Origin: Patescibacteria group bacterium | GTDB lineage: Bacteria > Patescibacteriota > Patescibacteriia > UBA1558 > GWA2-36-10 | Assembly: GCA_041650755.1 (NCBI GenBank) | Contig: JBAZKN010000001.1 | Span: 238,886 to 302,885, forward strand | DNA length: 64,000 bases | Reading direction: 5' to 3' | Part shown: piece after piece, positions 55,731-64,000 of the stretch | How positions within the stretch are numbered: position 1 is the stretch's first letter | Layout: every line of letters starts with the position of its first letter | Position numbers and translations under genes: made by a program | The notes under the pieces: generated by a model | Database searches by the model: none | What the model saw: the letters and a program-made list of their open reading frames with translations, nothing else | Told to the model about the DNA's origin: nothing

Positions 55731-56249
55731 TTATTTTGCCTGTTTTACTTTATCGCCCTTGATCTGTTTGGCTGACAATATTTTTATTTGGCCACCAGCG
55801 GCTTCGATTTTCTCTTGAGCGATCTTGGAAAAGGCCTCGGCTTCAACAATTAATTTCTTTTTTAGCTCTCCGCTGGCCAAAATTTTTATGCCGTTAATTC
55901 TGGTCTTTATTAAGCCTAATTTTAATAAGGCCTGGCCATTGACTTTATCACCATTCTTAAAATTTTTGTCCAGATCAGTTAAATTGACAACGGCAAATTT
56001 TGGATAAATTGATTGAAATCCGCGACTCTTGGGAATACGTAAAACATAGGTGCGCATACTACGCAAAGCTAAACCGGATTTGCCACCAGAACGAGCCCTT
56101 TGCCCTTTCATACCGCGAGTAGAATAATTACCATGGCCAGAACCGCTACCACGACCAATGATTTTTCGGCGGCGGGTAGATTTTTTGGCTGCTTTTAGGT
56201 TATGTAATCCTAACATATTATTTCTTATTATTAACCGGGGTTTTATCAT
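55731..56249 (-). CDS. rplO: 50S ribosomal protein L15
   Basis: Gly-rich N-terminus RGSGSGHGNYSTRGMKGQ. Overlaps rpsE by 32 nt, leaving no room for L30. Confidence 0.85.
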   Translation of the reverse strand: MIKPRLIIRNNMLGLHNLKAAKKSTRRRKIIGRGSGSGHGNYSTRGMKGQRARSGGKSGLALRSMRTYVLRIPKSRGFQSIYPKFAVVNLTDLDKNFKNGDKVNGQALLKLGLIKTRINGIKILASGELKKKLIVEAEAFSKIAQEKIEAAGGQIKILSAKQIKGDKVKQAK

Positions 56250-56877
56250 GTTCTTTATGGTGTATGGGCTGCGCTGGCTTATTTTCTGGCTTAGCAGCTT
56301 TGGCTATTGTGCTGGTTTTGGGGAACGAGCGCGGCACAAAAGAATCTAGGGCCAGCAAAGTAGCTCTGGCATTATTGATCTTATTATTGGCACCCAAAAT
56401 CTTGGCTGATATGTCTTTGATGCCGGCTAATTCCAAAACTGTACGCACCACACCACCAGCCTTGATACCGCTACCTTTTTTGGCTGGCTTTATCATTATT
56501 TTAGCTGATTTCAGCTTAACTGTCACTTGATGGGGAATGGTGCCGTCAATAATCGGCACGTTCTGCCAATGTTTTTTGGCTTGCGTGACTGACTTGGCAA
56601 TGGCCATAGAAACATCAGCACCCTTAGCCAAGCCCATACTGACACGTCCATTTTTATCACCAATCACCATACAGGCTCTAAATTTCATACGCTTGCCACC
56701 GGCCATCACCCTAGTTACGCGCGCTAAATCTACAATCCTCTGCTCGAACTCTTCGGCAGGCTTTTCAGCCCTACGACCACGCATAGGTGGACGAGGACCG
56801 CGTCTGCCACCCTTGACCTTTTCGCTAATCGGCATACTGGTAGATTTTTTTTGTTCGCTTGTATCGATTTTATCCAT
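56218..56877 (-). CDS. rpsE: 30S ribosomal protein S5 with N- and C-terminal extensions
   Basis: Core VTRVMAGGKRMKFRACMVIGDKNGRVSMGLAKG. It has a ~45-aa basic N-terminal extension and a ~45-aa K/P-rich C-terminal extension. Confidence 0.85.
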   Translation of the reverse strand: MDKIDTSEQKKSTSMPISEKVKGGRRGPRPPMRGRRAEKPAEEFEQRIVDLARVTRVMAGGKRMKFRACMVIGDKNGRVSMGLAKGADVSMAIAKSVTQAKKHWQNVPIIDGTIPHQVTVKLKSAKIMIKPAKKGSGIKAGGVVRTVLELAGIKDISAKILGANNKINNARATLLALDSFVPRSFPKTSTIAKAAKPENKPAQPIHHKEHDKTPVNNKK

Positions 56878-56886
56878 ATCTATAAC

Positions 56887-57243
56887 TTAAAATTTTATAC
56901 CTGACTTCCTTAAGCCTTCGGCTATGGCCTTGACGCGACCATGATACTTATAGGCTCCTCTGTCAAAAATTATTTGACTGATTTTTTTGGCTTGCAATTT
57001 TTTACCCATCAGTTCTCCCAAGGCCAAAGCAATATCTGTCTTTTTGCCCTTAGTACTAAGCTCGGTATCAGCGGCCGCCACTAAAGTCACGCGCTTGATA
57101 TCGTCTATGGCCTGGGCAGAAACATGACTTAAACTTCTAAAAACCGACAAGCGTGGTTTAGTAGCCGTGCCGACTATTTTTGCTCTGGTGCGACGTTGAC
57201 GACGGAAGGCCTGGTCGCGTTTTACTTTATTTAAATTTTTCAT
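56887..57243 (-). CDS. rplR: 50S ribosomal protein L18
   Basis: RRQRRTRAKIVGTATKPRLSVFRS. Confidence 0.85.
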   Translation of the reverse strand: MKNLNKVKRDQAFRRQRRTRAKIVGTATKPRLSVFRSLSHVSAQAIDDIKRVTLVAAADTELSTKGKKTDIALALGELMGKKLQAKKISQIIFDRGAYKYHGRVKAIAEGLRKSGIKF

Positions 57244-57260
57244 AAACTTATATTAAAATT

Positions 57261-57836
57261 TTATGCTTTGACTACCTTACCAGCCTTACGACGAATAAGC
57301 TCGTCTTGATATTTTATGCCCTTACCTTTGTAGGACTCCGGTTTCTTGATGTGCCTAATCTCAGCGGCTGTTTGGCCAACAATTTGTTTATCAATACCGC
57401 TAATGATTATTTGATTTTTATCCACGCTAATATTTATACCGGCGCTTGGATTGTACTCTACCGGATGAGAAAAACCAACATTAAGAATCAATTTTTTGCC
57501 CTGCATGGCAGCCTTAAAACCAACACCGTTGATTTCTAGAGTTTTGCTAAAACTATCAGTCACACCCTTGACTGCATTATTGACCAATGAGCGAGCCAAA
57601 CCCCATAAAGCTCGGTTATTTTTGCTTTCATCGCCCAGTAAGCTAAAAGTCAGCTGTTGTTCTGTATTGCTAGCCTTGATGCCCACTGGCAAAGCCACGC
57701 TTAAAGTACCCTTTGATCCTTTAAGGTTTATCACCTCATGATCAGCCAACTGACTAATCTGGACAGTCACTCCGCTGGGTAAAACAATTGGTTTTTTTCC
57801 TATTCTAGACATAAATTTATCATTACCAAATTTCAA
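57261..57836 (-). CDS. rplF: 50S ribosomal protein L6
   Basis: MSRIGKKPIVLPSGVTVQI. Confidence 0.85.
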   Translation of the reverse strand: MKFGNDKFMSRIGKKPIVLPSGVTVQISQLADHEVINLKGSKGTLSVALPVGIKASNTEQQLTFSLLGDESKNNRALWGLARSLVNNAVKGVTDSFSKTLEINGVGFKAAMQGKKLILNVGFSHPVEYNPSAGINISVDKNQIIISGIDKQIVGQTAAEIRHIKKPESYKGKGIKYQDELIRRKAGKVVKA

Positions 57837-58254
57837 ACATTAGCTCGCCGCCAATATTTTCTTGACTGGCTTCCTGACCGGTCATCAGGCCGCGAGAAGT
57901 AGATAAAATAGTAGTACCATAACCGTTGAGCACTTTGGGGATTTCTTTGCCGGCCACATAAATTCTCTGGCCAGGCGTAGAAACACTCTTAATATGGCGA
58001 ATGGCTGGACCGCGATCAGAATACTTTAGACCAATCTTAATAAAATCAAAATTATCCATCTTCACTTTCTCTGCGCTACTGATATAATTTTCGCGAACCA
58101 GAATTTGAGCAATGCTAAACTTAATTTTGGAAAAAGGTAAAACTACCTCTGGCTTTTTGACGGCCACAGCATTACGAATTCTTGTTAGCATGTCTGCGAT
58201 AGGATCTGTCATATTATTGCTTATGGCTAATAGCGTATGGCTTATAGTCTCCAA
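57823..58254 (-). CDS. rpsH: 30S ribosomal protein S8 (TTG start)
   Basis: TDPIADMLTRIRNA. The start codon is TTG (RC of caa at 58252-58254), immediately after an in-frame TAG. Confidence 0.85.
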   Translation of the reverse strand: METISHTLLAISNNMTDPIADMLTRIRNAVAVKKPEVVLPFSKIKFSIAQILVRENYISSAEKVKMDNFDFIKIGLKYSDRGPAIRHIKSVSTPGQRIYVAGKEIPKVLNGYGTTILSTSRGLMTGQEASQENIGGELMFEIW

Positions 58255-58277
58255 CTACCGTTTTATCTATAAGCCAT
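58237..58277 (-). promoter_or_regulatory. Perfect 11-bp inverted repeat ATGGCTTATAG / CTATAAGCCAT bracketing the S8 start codon (RNA hairpin with the start codon in a 19-nt loop)
   Basis: Arms at 58237-58247 and 58267-58277. The TTG start at 58252-58254 lies in the loop. The motif recurs at 62418-62449. Confidence 0.45.
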
Positions 58278-58347
58278 TGTATCAGCAAATATTTATTATT
58301 TATATCTTTTTGATAAATTATTATCTATATTATGGCTATGAGCCATT

Positions 58348-58533
58348 TTACCAGCTAGATTTGGTGACACCCGGGATCTCTCCCTTGTCAGCCAACTCCC
58401 TAAAACAAATGCGGCAGAGGTCAAACTCGCCCATATAGGAGCGATTCCGTCCACAGCGCCAGCAACGCCGTACAATTCGAGTGGAATATTTTGGCGTTTT
58501 TCTAGATTTTGCTTTTTTTGCTTCGGTTGCCAT
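58348..58533 (-). CDS. rpsZ: 30S ribosomal protein S14 type Z (zinc-binding)
   Basis: 61 aa with CWRCGRNRS...CRIC. Confidence 0.85.
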   Translation of the reverse strand: MATEAKKAKSRKTPKYSTRIVRRCWRCGRNRSYMGEFDLCRICFRELADKGEIPGVTKSSW

Positions 58534-58539
58534 AATTGT

Positions 58540-59100
58540 TTATTTCTTAGTTTTCTTAAAGGGAAATCCTAGGGAGCTCAAAAGCGCCAGTGTTTGCTCA
58601 TCATTTTTAGCTGAAGTGTTGATGGCGATCTCCAAACCATGTATCTTATCAACATCTTCCATACCAATTTCTGGAAAAACTATATGCTCTTTAAAACCCA
58701 TCATATAATTACCGCGACCATCGAAACCTTGCTTGCGATCCAAGCCATAAAAATCACGCAAACGCGGTATAGTGGCATTGACCAACTTTTCCAAAAAGTC
58801 ATACATCCTAGCTCCCCGCAGAGTCACCTTAGCACCGATCAGCATGCCTTCTCTGATCTTAAAATTGGAGATTGACTTTTTGGCCTTGGTCAAAATTGGC
58901 TTCTGGCCAGTGAGGCGAGTCAGGATTGATTCCGCCAGCTCAATATACTTTTTATCTTGGCTAGCTTGACCAGCACCGATATTTACCACCACTTTACGCA
59001 CTTTGGGCACGGCCATAATATTATCCAGACCCAAGTCAGCCTTTAATTTTGGCCTAAGTTCGGTCTGATATTTTTTTTGTAATTTATTCATATTAGTCAA
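58540..59100 (-). CDS. rplE: 50S ribosomal protein L5
   Basis: VPKVRKVVVNIGAGQA. Confidence 0.85.
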   Translation of the reverse strand: MTNMNKLQKKYQTELRPKLKADLGLDNIMAVPKVRKVVVNIGAGQASQDKKYIELAESILTRLTGQKPILTKAKKSISNFKIREGMLIGAKVTLRGARMYDFLEKLVNATIPRLRDFYGLDRKQGFDGRGNYMMGFKEHIVFPEIGMEDVDKIHGLEIAINTSAKNDEQTLALLSSLGFPFKKTKK

Positions 59101-59431
59101 TTACTTCTTGGCAATGTCGGCAAATGCGCACCTTGGTTTTTTTAGTTTTGCCTTCAATGGTTACTGAGCCCAATTTAAAACCAATACGAGAATTTTTGCC
59201 ACATTTGGGGCAAACTAGCAAAACATTAGCCACATTAATTGGGCCATTGAATTGTACTCGCTGACCTTTATCGCCCTTCTTTTGCGAACGCAAGTGCTTA
59301 TACATTACATTGACACCATCGACCACCAGCTGATTTCTGGTAGGTAAAACTTGGATGACCTTGCCGGTCTTCCCCTTGTCTTTGCCGCGCATGACGGCTA
59401 CCTTGTCATTGGTTTTAATCTTTAATTTCAT
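59093..59431 (-). CDS. rplX: 50S ribosomal protein L24 with C-terminal CxxC...CxxC zinc-ribbon-like motif
   Basis: KOW motif KVAVMRGKDKGKTGKV. C-terminus CPKCGKNSRIG...CRHCQ. Confidence 0.8.
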   Translation of the reverse strand: MKLKIKTNDKVAVMRGKDKGKTGKVIQVLPTRNQLVVDGVNVMYKHLRSQKKGDKGQRVQFNGPINVANVLLVCPKCGKNSRIGFKLGSVTIEGKTKKTKVRICRHCQEVID

Positions 59432-59433
59432 AA

Positions 59434-59805
59434 TTATAATACCTCCGGCGCTAAAGAGATTATTTTATTGTACCCTTTGACCCTTAATTCTCTGGCTACT
59501 GGCCCGAAAATACGGGTGCCAACCGGCTCTTTAGTTTTTTTATCAACAATCACAACAGCATTTTCATCAAAACGGATATAAATACCGTTGCTGCGACGAA
59601 TTTCTTTGCGTTGCCTGACTAGCACCGCGTGCAAAACTTGGCTCTTTTTGACCGGCGCATGTGGCTGGGCCTCTTTGACCACCACATTGATCATGTCGCC
59701 AATTTGAGCATAGCGTTTTTTGTAGCCACCCAAAACCCGGATGCACTGCACTAGCTTGGCACCAGAATTATCAGCAACTTGTAACATTGACCGATGTTGT
59801 ATCAT
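59434..59805 (-). CDS. rplN: 50S ribosomal protein L14
   Basis: [17 protein letters not shown]. Confidence 0.9.
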   Translation of the reverse strand: MIQHRSMLQVADNSGAKLVQCIRVLGGYKKRYAQIGDMINVVVKEAQPHAPVKKSQVLHAVLVRQRKEIRRSNGIYIRFDENAVVIVDKKTKEPVGTRIFGPVARELRVKGYNKIISLAPEVL

Positions 59806-59818
59806 ATGCTTATTTTAT

Positions 59819-60100
59819 TTATTTTGAATTGTCGTTCTTTTTAATCACTCGCCAGGTCTTGTCCTTGGATATCGGTCGGCAAGCTTCAATCACCACCTTA
59901 TCGCCGATATGATATTCTTGCTTGGCATCGTGAGCTTTATATTTTTTGCTGACTTTGTAGTGCTTTTTATACTTGGGGTGCAATTTGACGGTCACTACAC
60001 TGACTACTACCGTCTTGTTCATTTTATTGCTCAGCACTACACCGCTCAACTGACGACGATGCTTGCCTGACTGATTAATCTTGGTTTTATTAACTGTCAT
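59819..60100 (-). CDS. rpsQ: 30S ribosomal protein S17
   Basis: LSGVVLSNKMNKTVVVSV. Confidence 0.85.
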   Translation of the reverse strand: MTVNKTKINQSGKHRRQLSGVVLSNKMNKTVVVSVVTVKLHPKYKKHYKVSKKYKAHDAKQEYHIGDKVVIEACRPISKDKTWRVIKKNDNSK

Positions 60101-60115
60101 ATTTACCCTTTAAAA

Positions 60116-60337
60116 TTATTTTTTATCAATTTCTTTTTCTGGTAATGCGTCATCTGCCCGGCCATTTAAAACCGTCAAAATTTGGGCGATCTCGCGTTTA
60201 ACCTGCCTAGTCAAACGGACGTTTTTTAATTGATTGTTGACAATACTAAAACGATGTTCACGCACTTGCTGGCGTAATTCGGCCAATCTGGCCTGCAATT
60301 CAGTTTTATTTAATTTCTGTAAATCTTTGAATTCCAT
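60116..60337 (-). CDS. rpmC: 50S ribosomal protein L29
   Basis: 73 aa, helical, in the conserved position between L16 and S17. Confidence 0.75.
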   Translation of the reverse strand: MEFKDLQKLNKTELQARLAELRQQVREHRFSIVNNQLKNVRLTRQVKREIAQILTVLNGRADDALPEKEIDKK

Positions 60338-60341
60338 AATT

Positions 60342-60758
60342 TTATCTTAATTCTTTACTGACAAATTTACTTTTCACCGAAAGCTTGTGTCGAGCTAACT
60401 CCATAGCTCGTTTGGCAGACTCTCGACTGACACCGCGCATCTCAAACATAATGGTGCCTGGTTTGACCTCGGCGACATAGTGATCAACCGCACCCTTACC
60501 TTTACCCATCGGCATTTCATTGCCTTTGAAAGTAATCGGCTTATCCGGAAAAATACGAATAAAAACATCGCCACCGCGTTGGATATAGCCAACAATGGCT
60601 CGACGAGCAGCTTCAATCTGACGGGCGCTGACCCAGCCGGCTGATAGACATTTGAGGCCATATTCGCCAAACACCAAATTGGTGTTGCGGGTGGCCTTAC
60701 CTTTGATCTGATCACCGCGCTGCCACTTTCTATGTTTTACTTTCTTGGGTGCTAACAT
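60342..60758 (-). CDS. rplP: 50S ribosomal protein L16
   Basis: [15 protein letters not shown]. Confidence 0.9.
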   Translation of the reverse strand: MLAPKKVKHRKWQRGDQIKGKATRNTNLVFGEYGLKCLSAGWVSARQIEAARRAIVGYIQRGGDVFIRIFPDKPITFKGNEMPMGKGKGAVDHYVAEVKPGTIMFEMRGVSRESAKRAMELARHKLSVKSKFVSKELR

Positions 60759-60763
60759 ATAAT

Positions 60764-61540
60764 TTATTTCTTAGTTTTAGCTTTCTTGCTGCTAGACGGG
60801 GCTTTAGAACCTTTAGCCAAAGATTCCAAAGATACAGTCTTGTCCTTGCTAAATAATTTGACTGTCTTACTGGGAATTTTGGTAGTTTCTTTTTTGGCAG
60901 TAGTTTTATCAAAATACTCGCCCTTATAGATCCAAACCTTGATACCGATGACACCATAAATGGTTTGGGCCATACCACGACTATAATCAATGTTGGCCCG
61001 CAAAGTGTGCAAAGGAATTTTACCTTCACTCAATTTTTCTGTACGAGCAATCTCGGCGCCGTTTAAACGACCAGCCACTACAATCCTGACGCCCTGTGCA
61101 CCGGCTTTCATCACTTTGTCAATGTTTTGCTTCATCACCCGGCGAAAAGGCATACGTTTTTCCAAATCTTCTTTGATATTCAAAACAATAACATTGGCTG
61201 ATAGATTGGCAACCGACACCTCGGTAATATTGATCTGTAATTTGGTTTCTTTATCTAAATATTGGCGACGCACTTTCAGCTTCAATTCTTCAATGCCGCT
61301 ACCGCCCCGACCGATAATCACGCCTGGCTTGGCAGCGCTGATATTAATAATCACTTCGCCACGGCTGCGCTCAATATCTATTCGGTCAATGCCAGCCTCT
61401 TTGAGCTCTTGCTGCAATAATTTACGAATCAAAATATCCTGGCGTAAAAATTTCTTGAAATCTTTATTGGAATACCAGCGTGAACGCCATTTTTCACTCA
61501 AGCCCAAACGAAATACTCTTGGATTTATTTTTTTCCCCAT
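60764..61540 (-). CDS. rpsC: 30S ribosomal protein S3 with K-rich C-terminal extension
   Basis: MGKKINPRVFRLG...KH domain. Confidence 0.9.
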   Translation of the reverse strand: MGKKINPRVFRLGLSEKWRSRWYSNKDFKKFLRQDILIRKLLQQELKEAGIDRIDIERSRGEVIINISAAKPGVIIGRGGSGIEELKLKVRRQYLDKETKLQINITEVSVANLSANVIVLNIKEDLEKRMPFRRVMKQNIDKVMKAGAQGVRIVVAGRLNGAEIARTEKLSEGKIPLHTLRANIDYSRGMAQTIYGVIGIKVWIYKGEYFDKTTAKKETTKIPSKTVKLFSKDKTVSLESLAKGSKAPSSSKKAKTKK

Positions 61541-61546
61541 ATATTT

Positions 61547-62089
61547 TTAACCTTTTTTGACTTTTACGCCCTTGACGGCACGATCTAAGTTCTGGGTATC
61601 CTTTATTTTTTTCAAGGGGTTTATCTTATCTTTAAACTTCTTATCCTTGGCGCCAGCCTTCTTGGCTTCAGCAGCGGCTTTTGGCTCAACCTTAGTCAAA
61701 TCAACAGTAGACACCTCGGCTGCTTTTTTTTCATGAGATTTGACGGTTGCGCCTTCTTTTAGACCCAAGGTCAAAATCACACTGCAAGAATGCTTACTAA
61801 AAGGATGAGCCCGGCCAAAAGCTGAAGGCTTCCAGCGCTTGGTATCCACGCCTTTATTGACCAATATACTTTTGATAAATAAATCCTCTGTTTTCACTTC
61901 ATATCTGTCGTGGGCATTGGCAATGGCTGACTTAAGCAGCTTGTCTAATGGCTGGGAAGATTTCTTGAAAATAACCTGCAAGCGAGCTTCGGCTTTGACC
62001 ACGTCCAAACCACGGATGGCATCCGCTACCAATCTGACTTTTTTGGCTGAAATTTGTGCTCTGCGCAATTGGGCTTTGACTTCAATCAT
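61547..62089 (-). CDS. rplV: 50S ribosomal protein L22 with ~65-aa K/A-rich C-terminal extension
   Basis: MIEVKAQLRRAQISAKKVRLVADAIRG. Confidence 0.85.
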   Translation of the reverse strand: MIEVKAQLRRAQISAKKVRLVADAIRGLDVVKAEARLQVIFKKSSQPLDKLLKSAIANAHDRYEVKTEDLFIKSILVNKGVDTKRWKPSAFGRAHPFSKHSCSVILTLGLKEGATVKSHEKKAAEVSTVDLTKVEPKAAAEAKKAGAKDKKFKDKINPLKKIKDTQNLDRAVKGVKVKKG

Positions 62090-62094
62090 ATATT

Positions 62095-62388
62095 TTATTT
62101 AGCCGATTCTTCTTTAGTTTGACTCTTGGCCATCTTACCGCCATGAACAACAAACTTTCTGGTTGGAGCAAATTCACCCAAGCGATGACCAACCATATTT
62201 TCTACCACATGCACTGTAGTGTGCTCTCTGCCGTTATGAACACCAAAAATATAGCCTACCATCTCCGGTGTAATCACCGAGGCTCGAGACCAAGTTTTTA
62301 TAACCCTACCGTCCTCCGGCCTAATTTTGGCCAGCTTATTTAATAGTTTGGGATCAGTAAAGGGGCCTTTTTTCAAACTTCTGGACAT
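62095..62388 (-). CDS. rpsS: 30S ribosomal protein S19
   Basis: [10 protein letters not shown]...[13 protein letters not shown]. Confidence 0.9.
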   Translation of the reverse strand: MSRSLKKGPFTDPKLLNKLAKIRPEDGRVIKTWSRASVITPEMVGYIFGVHNGREHTTVHVVENMVGHRLGEFAPTRKFVVHGGKMAKSQTKEESAK

Positions 62389-62417
62389 ATTTTTTTGCTT
62401 ATTGCTTATGGCTTATT

Positions 62418-62449
62418 GCTTATAGTATCATTATTGTTTACCTATAAGC
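62418..62449 (-). promoter_or_regulatory. 8-bp inverted repeat GCTTATAG-N16-CTATAAGC in the L2-S19 spacer; the same core as the S8-start hairpin
   Basis: Arms at 62418-62425 and 62442-62449. The spacer also holds tandem GCTTAT(T/G)GCTTAT repeats (62401-62425). Confidence 0.4.
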
Positions 62450-62455
62450 TATTAG

Positions 62456-63343
62456 CTATTTCTTGCGTCTTTGAATAATAAATCTATTGGAATATTTATT
62501 GGCTTTTCTAGTTTTGACACCCAAGGCTGGCTTACCGGTGTAGGTCTTAGGATGTTTCATACCAATTGGGTTGTGGCCTTCACCACCACCATGAGGATGA
62601 TCGACCGGATTCATGACTTTGCCTCTGACAGTCGGCCTGATGCCGCGATGGCGCATACGGCCAGCTTTGCCCCAGCGGATATTTCTAAATTCTATATTGC
62701 TGGGCACACCAATACTGGCAGCGCAATTCTCTGATACGGCCCTGATTTCGCCGCTTGGCATCTTGAGCTGGGCCATGCCGTCAGCTAGCGACATCAAAAC
62801 CAAACCATTACCAGCGGCTCGAGCAATTTTACCGCCCTTGCCGGGAATCAGCTCTACATTATATATAGTAGTGCCGGTAGGAATATTTTTTAAAAGCGTA
62901 CGATTACCGGGTTTAATGGCTATACTACTTTTGGAAGAAACAACTTGATCACCCACCTGTAAACCATCCGGGGCTATGATATAAGCACGGACACCATTGG
63001 TGTACAAAAGCAAAGCAATACTAGTATTACGGTTTGGATCATGCTCCAAAGCTACGACTCTAGCTGGAATATCAAAACGCTCTTGTTTAAAATCAATAAT
63101 GCGAACCAGTTTACGACTGCCGCCACCCTGATGTCGAACAGTGATTTTACCAGAATTATTGCGACCAGCGGCTCTTTTTTTATAAAATAACAAAGACTTG
63201 ACCGGTTTGGTTTTGCTCAAATTACGATTTACCAAAACACTGGTCTTACGACGAGCAGCAGTAGTTGGTTTGTAAACTTTAATTGGCATATTTTTTGTTA
63301 TGACGTGTGGCTTATATTCCTTCGTATAATTTAATGGTTTCAC
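62456..63343 (-). CDS. rplB: 50S ribosomal protein L2
   Basis: GGGSRKLVRIIDF...HPHGGGEG. Confidence 0.9.
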   Translation of the reverse strand: MKPLNYTKEYKPHVITKNMPIKVYKPTTAARRKTSVLVNRNLSKTKPVKSLLFYKKRAAGRNNSGKITVRHQGGGSRKLVRIIDFKQERFDIPARVVALEHDPNRNTSIALLLYTNGVRAYIIAPDGLQVGDQVVSSKSSIAIKPGNRTLLKNIPTGTTIYNVELIPGKGGKIARAAGNGLVLMSLADGMAQLKMPSGEIRAVSENCAASIGVPSNIEFRNIRWGKAGRMRHRGIRPTVRGKVMNPVDHPHGGGEGHNPIGMKHPKTYTGKPALGVKTRKANKYSNRFIIQRRKK

Positions 63344-63731
63344 CTTTTTTCAAGGTCACAATGGCCTTTTTGACACGCTTGCGTGTGCCAAAAGTACGAC
63401 CGACTCTCACCTTTTTTCCAGCTTGATTAATAATATTGATACTTAGGGGAGCAACTTTATAAAGCTCTTGAATAGCTTTTTTTATCTCTACCTTATTGGC
63501 GCGAACATCAACTTCAAAAACATATTGCTGTAAAGAATTGGCAATAGTGGCCTTCTCTGAAATGACCGGCTTAAGTAAAATCCGATAAGGGCGCTGAGTC
63601 ACCGGCAAATCCATAGCTACCTTTGGCTTGGCTGTAGCAGTCTTTTTGGCCCGAGGCTTTGTTTCTGATTTTGGTTTATCAGCTACTGGGGCCTGGTGAC
63701 TAGTTTTATCTTTTTTGGCAAAAATTCCCAT
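63312..63731 (-). CDS. rplW: 50S ribosomal protein L23 with ~38-aa basic N-terminal extension
   Basis: RPYRILLKPVISEKAT...YVFEVDVRANKVEIKKAI. Confidence 0.8.
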   Translation of the reverse strand: MGIFAKKDKTSHQAPVADKPKSETKPRAKKTATAKPKVAMDLPVTQRPYRILLKPVISEKATIANSLQQYVFEVDVRANKVEIKKAIQELYKVAPLSINIINQAGKKVRVGRTFGTRKRVKKAIVTLKKGETIKLYEGI

Positions 63732-63735
63732 ATCT

Positions 63736-64000
63736 TTATGAATAATGTTCCGTTATTTTAGCCAGCAATTTTTTGCTAACTAGTAAATATTCGTTTTTCA
63801 ATAAATCAACCACATTCAAGCTGCCATAATGAATAGTCTGAATTTTTGATAAATTCTTGGCGGCCAAGACAATTTTGTCTTTGGCGGTTTCTGTGACAAT
63901 CAGAACTGACTTTTTGGCAACTGGCAATTTGGCAATGCCGGCTACTAAAACTTTAGTCTTGGCATCAGTAAAATTATAATCCTCCACAACAATCAAATGA
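63736..64000 (-). CDS. rplD: 50S ribosomal protein L4, C-terminal part (gene continues beyond the window end)
   Basis: The C-terminal ~86 aa resemble the L4 C-terminus. The frame stays open to position 64000. The start shown in the ORF track (TTG at 63994-63996) is an artefact of the window edge. Confidence 0.7.
   Translation of the reverse strand, partial: HLIVVEDYNFTDAKTKVLVAGIAKLPVAKKSVLIVTETAKDKIVLAAKNLSKIQTIHYGSLNVVDLLKNEYLLVSKKLLAKITEHYS

Noticed and set aside
60990-61550. 186-aa plus-strand ORF (and the minus-strand alternate-frame ORFs 60395-60715 and 60730-61029)
   Set aside because: Antisense to, or frame-shifted within, the well-supported rpsC and rplP genes. Low-complexity translation; spurious.
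1-64000. CRISPR arrays, rRNA genes and transposases
   Set aside because: No array of regularly spaced direct repeats was seen. No stretch resembling 16S/23S/5S conserved blocks. No ORF with DDE, serine- or tyrosine-recombinase motifs.

Overview
This 64 kb window reads like a gene-dense, AT-rich (~38-40% GC) genome from a small-genome bacterium, most likely a Candidate Phyla Radiation (Patescibacteria) lineage. That assignment is inference from content: ribosomal protein L30 is absent between S5 and L15, r-protein genes overlap tightly, and several r-proteins carry K/A-rich extensions. TTG and GTG start codons occur, pilin-like proteins are unusually large, and there are many GT4 glycosyltransferases and radical SAM genes. 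Almost everything is on the minus strand. By position (descending coordinate is the direction of transcription):
(1) 1-11969: a single type IV pilus plus chemosensory operon. Its order is MCP, CheW, CheA, CheY, PilB, PilC, a 170-aa pilin, then giant pilin-like proteins of 1029 aa and 426 aa carrying LamG-like domains, and a pilin-like gene with Cys-rich CGDG/CDDG repeats that runs off the window start.
(2) 12119-41444: a roughly 29 kb cell-envelope glycan and protein-glycosylation locus. It holds three paralogous Wzy_C/O-antigen-ligase-like proteins with TPR domains, an initiating polyprenyl glycosylphosphotransferase, a Wzx-like flippase, WecB, an SDR epimerase, eight GT4 glycosyltransferases, a GT39/ArnT-like transferase, three SAM methyltransferases and three B12-binding radical SAM enzymes.
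(3) 41580-47634: a 1254-aa secreted, T/S/G-rich surface (S-layer-like) protein with a 404-nt upstream region and a strong GC hairpin terminator. Next to it lies an ECF sigma factor with a putative anti-sigma partner.
(4) 47635-51500: a divergent intergenic region carrying a 17-bp perfect inverted repeat; a small plus-strand HTH protein with a near-consensus promoter and an essentially leaderless start; an HtrA-like PDZ protein whose catalytic triad appears to be lost; and a few small membrane proteins.
(5) 51493-64000: a WecA/MraY-like transferase and YqgF, followed by the core ribosomal protein cluster map-adk-secY-L15-S5-L18-L6-S8-S14-L5-L24-L14-S17-L29-L16-S3-L22-S19-L2-L23-L4. L4 runs off the window end.
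No rRNA, tRNA, CRISPR array or transposase was found. Regulatory features called from sequence alone: several sigma70-like promoters, including a TGTTATAAT extended -10 upstream of three minus-strand operons; intrinsic terminators; and a recurring AUGGCUUAUAG/CUAUAAGCCAU hairpin motif at the only two sizeable spacers of the r-protein operon. All functional calls rest on motif recognition from memory, with no database search.
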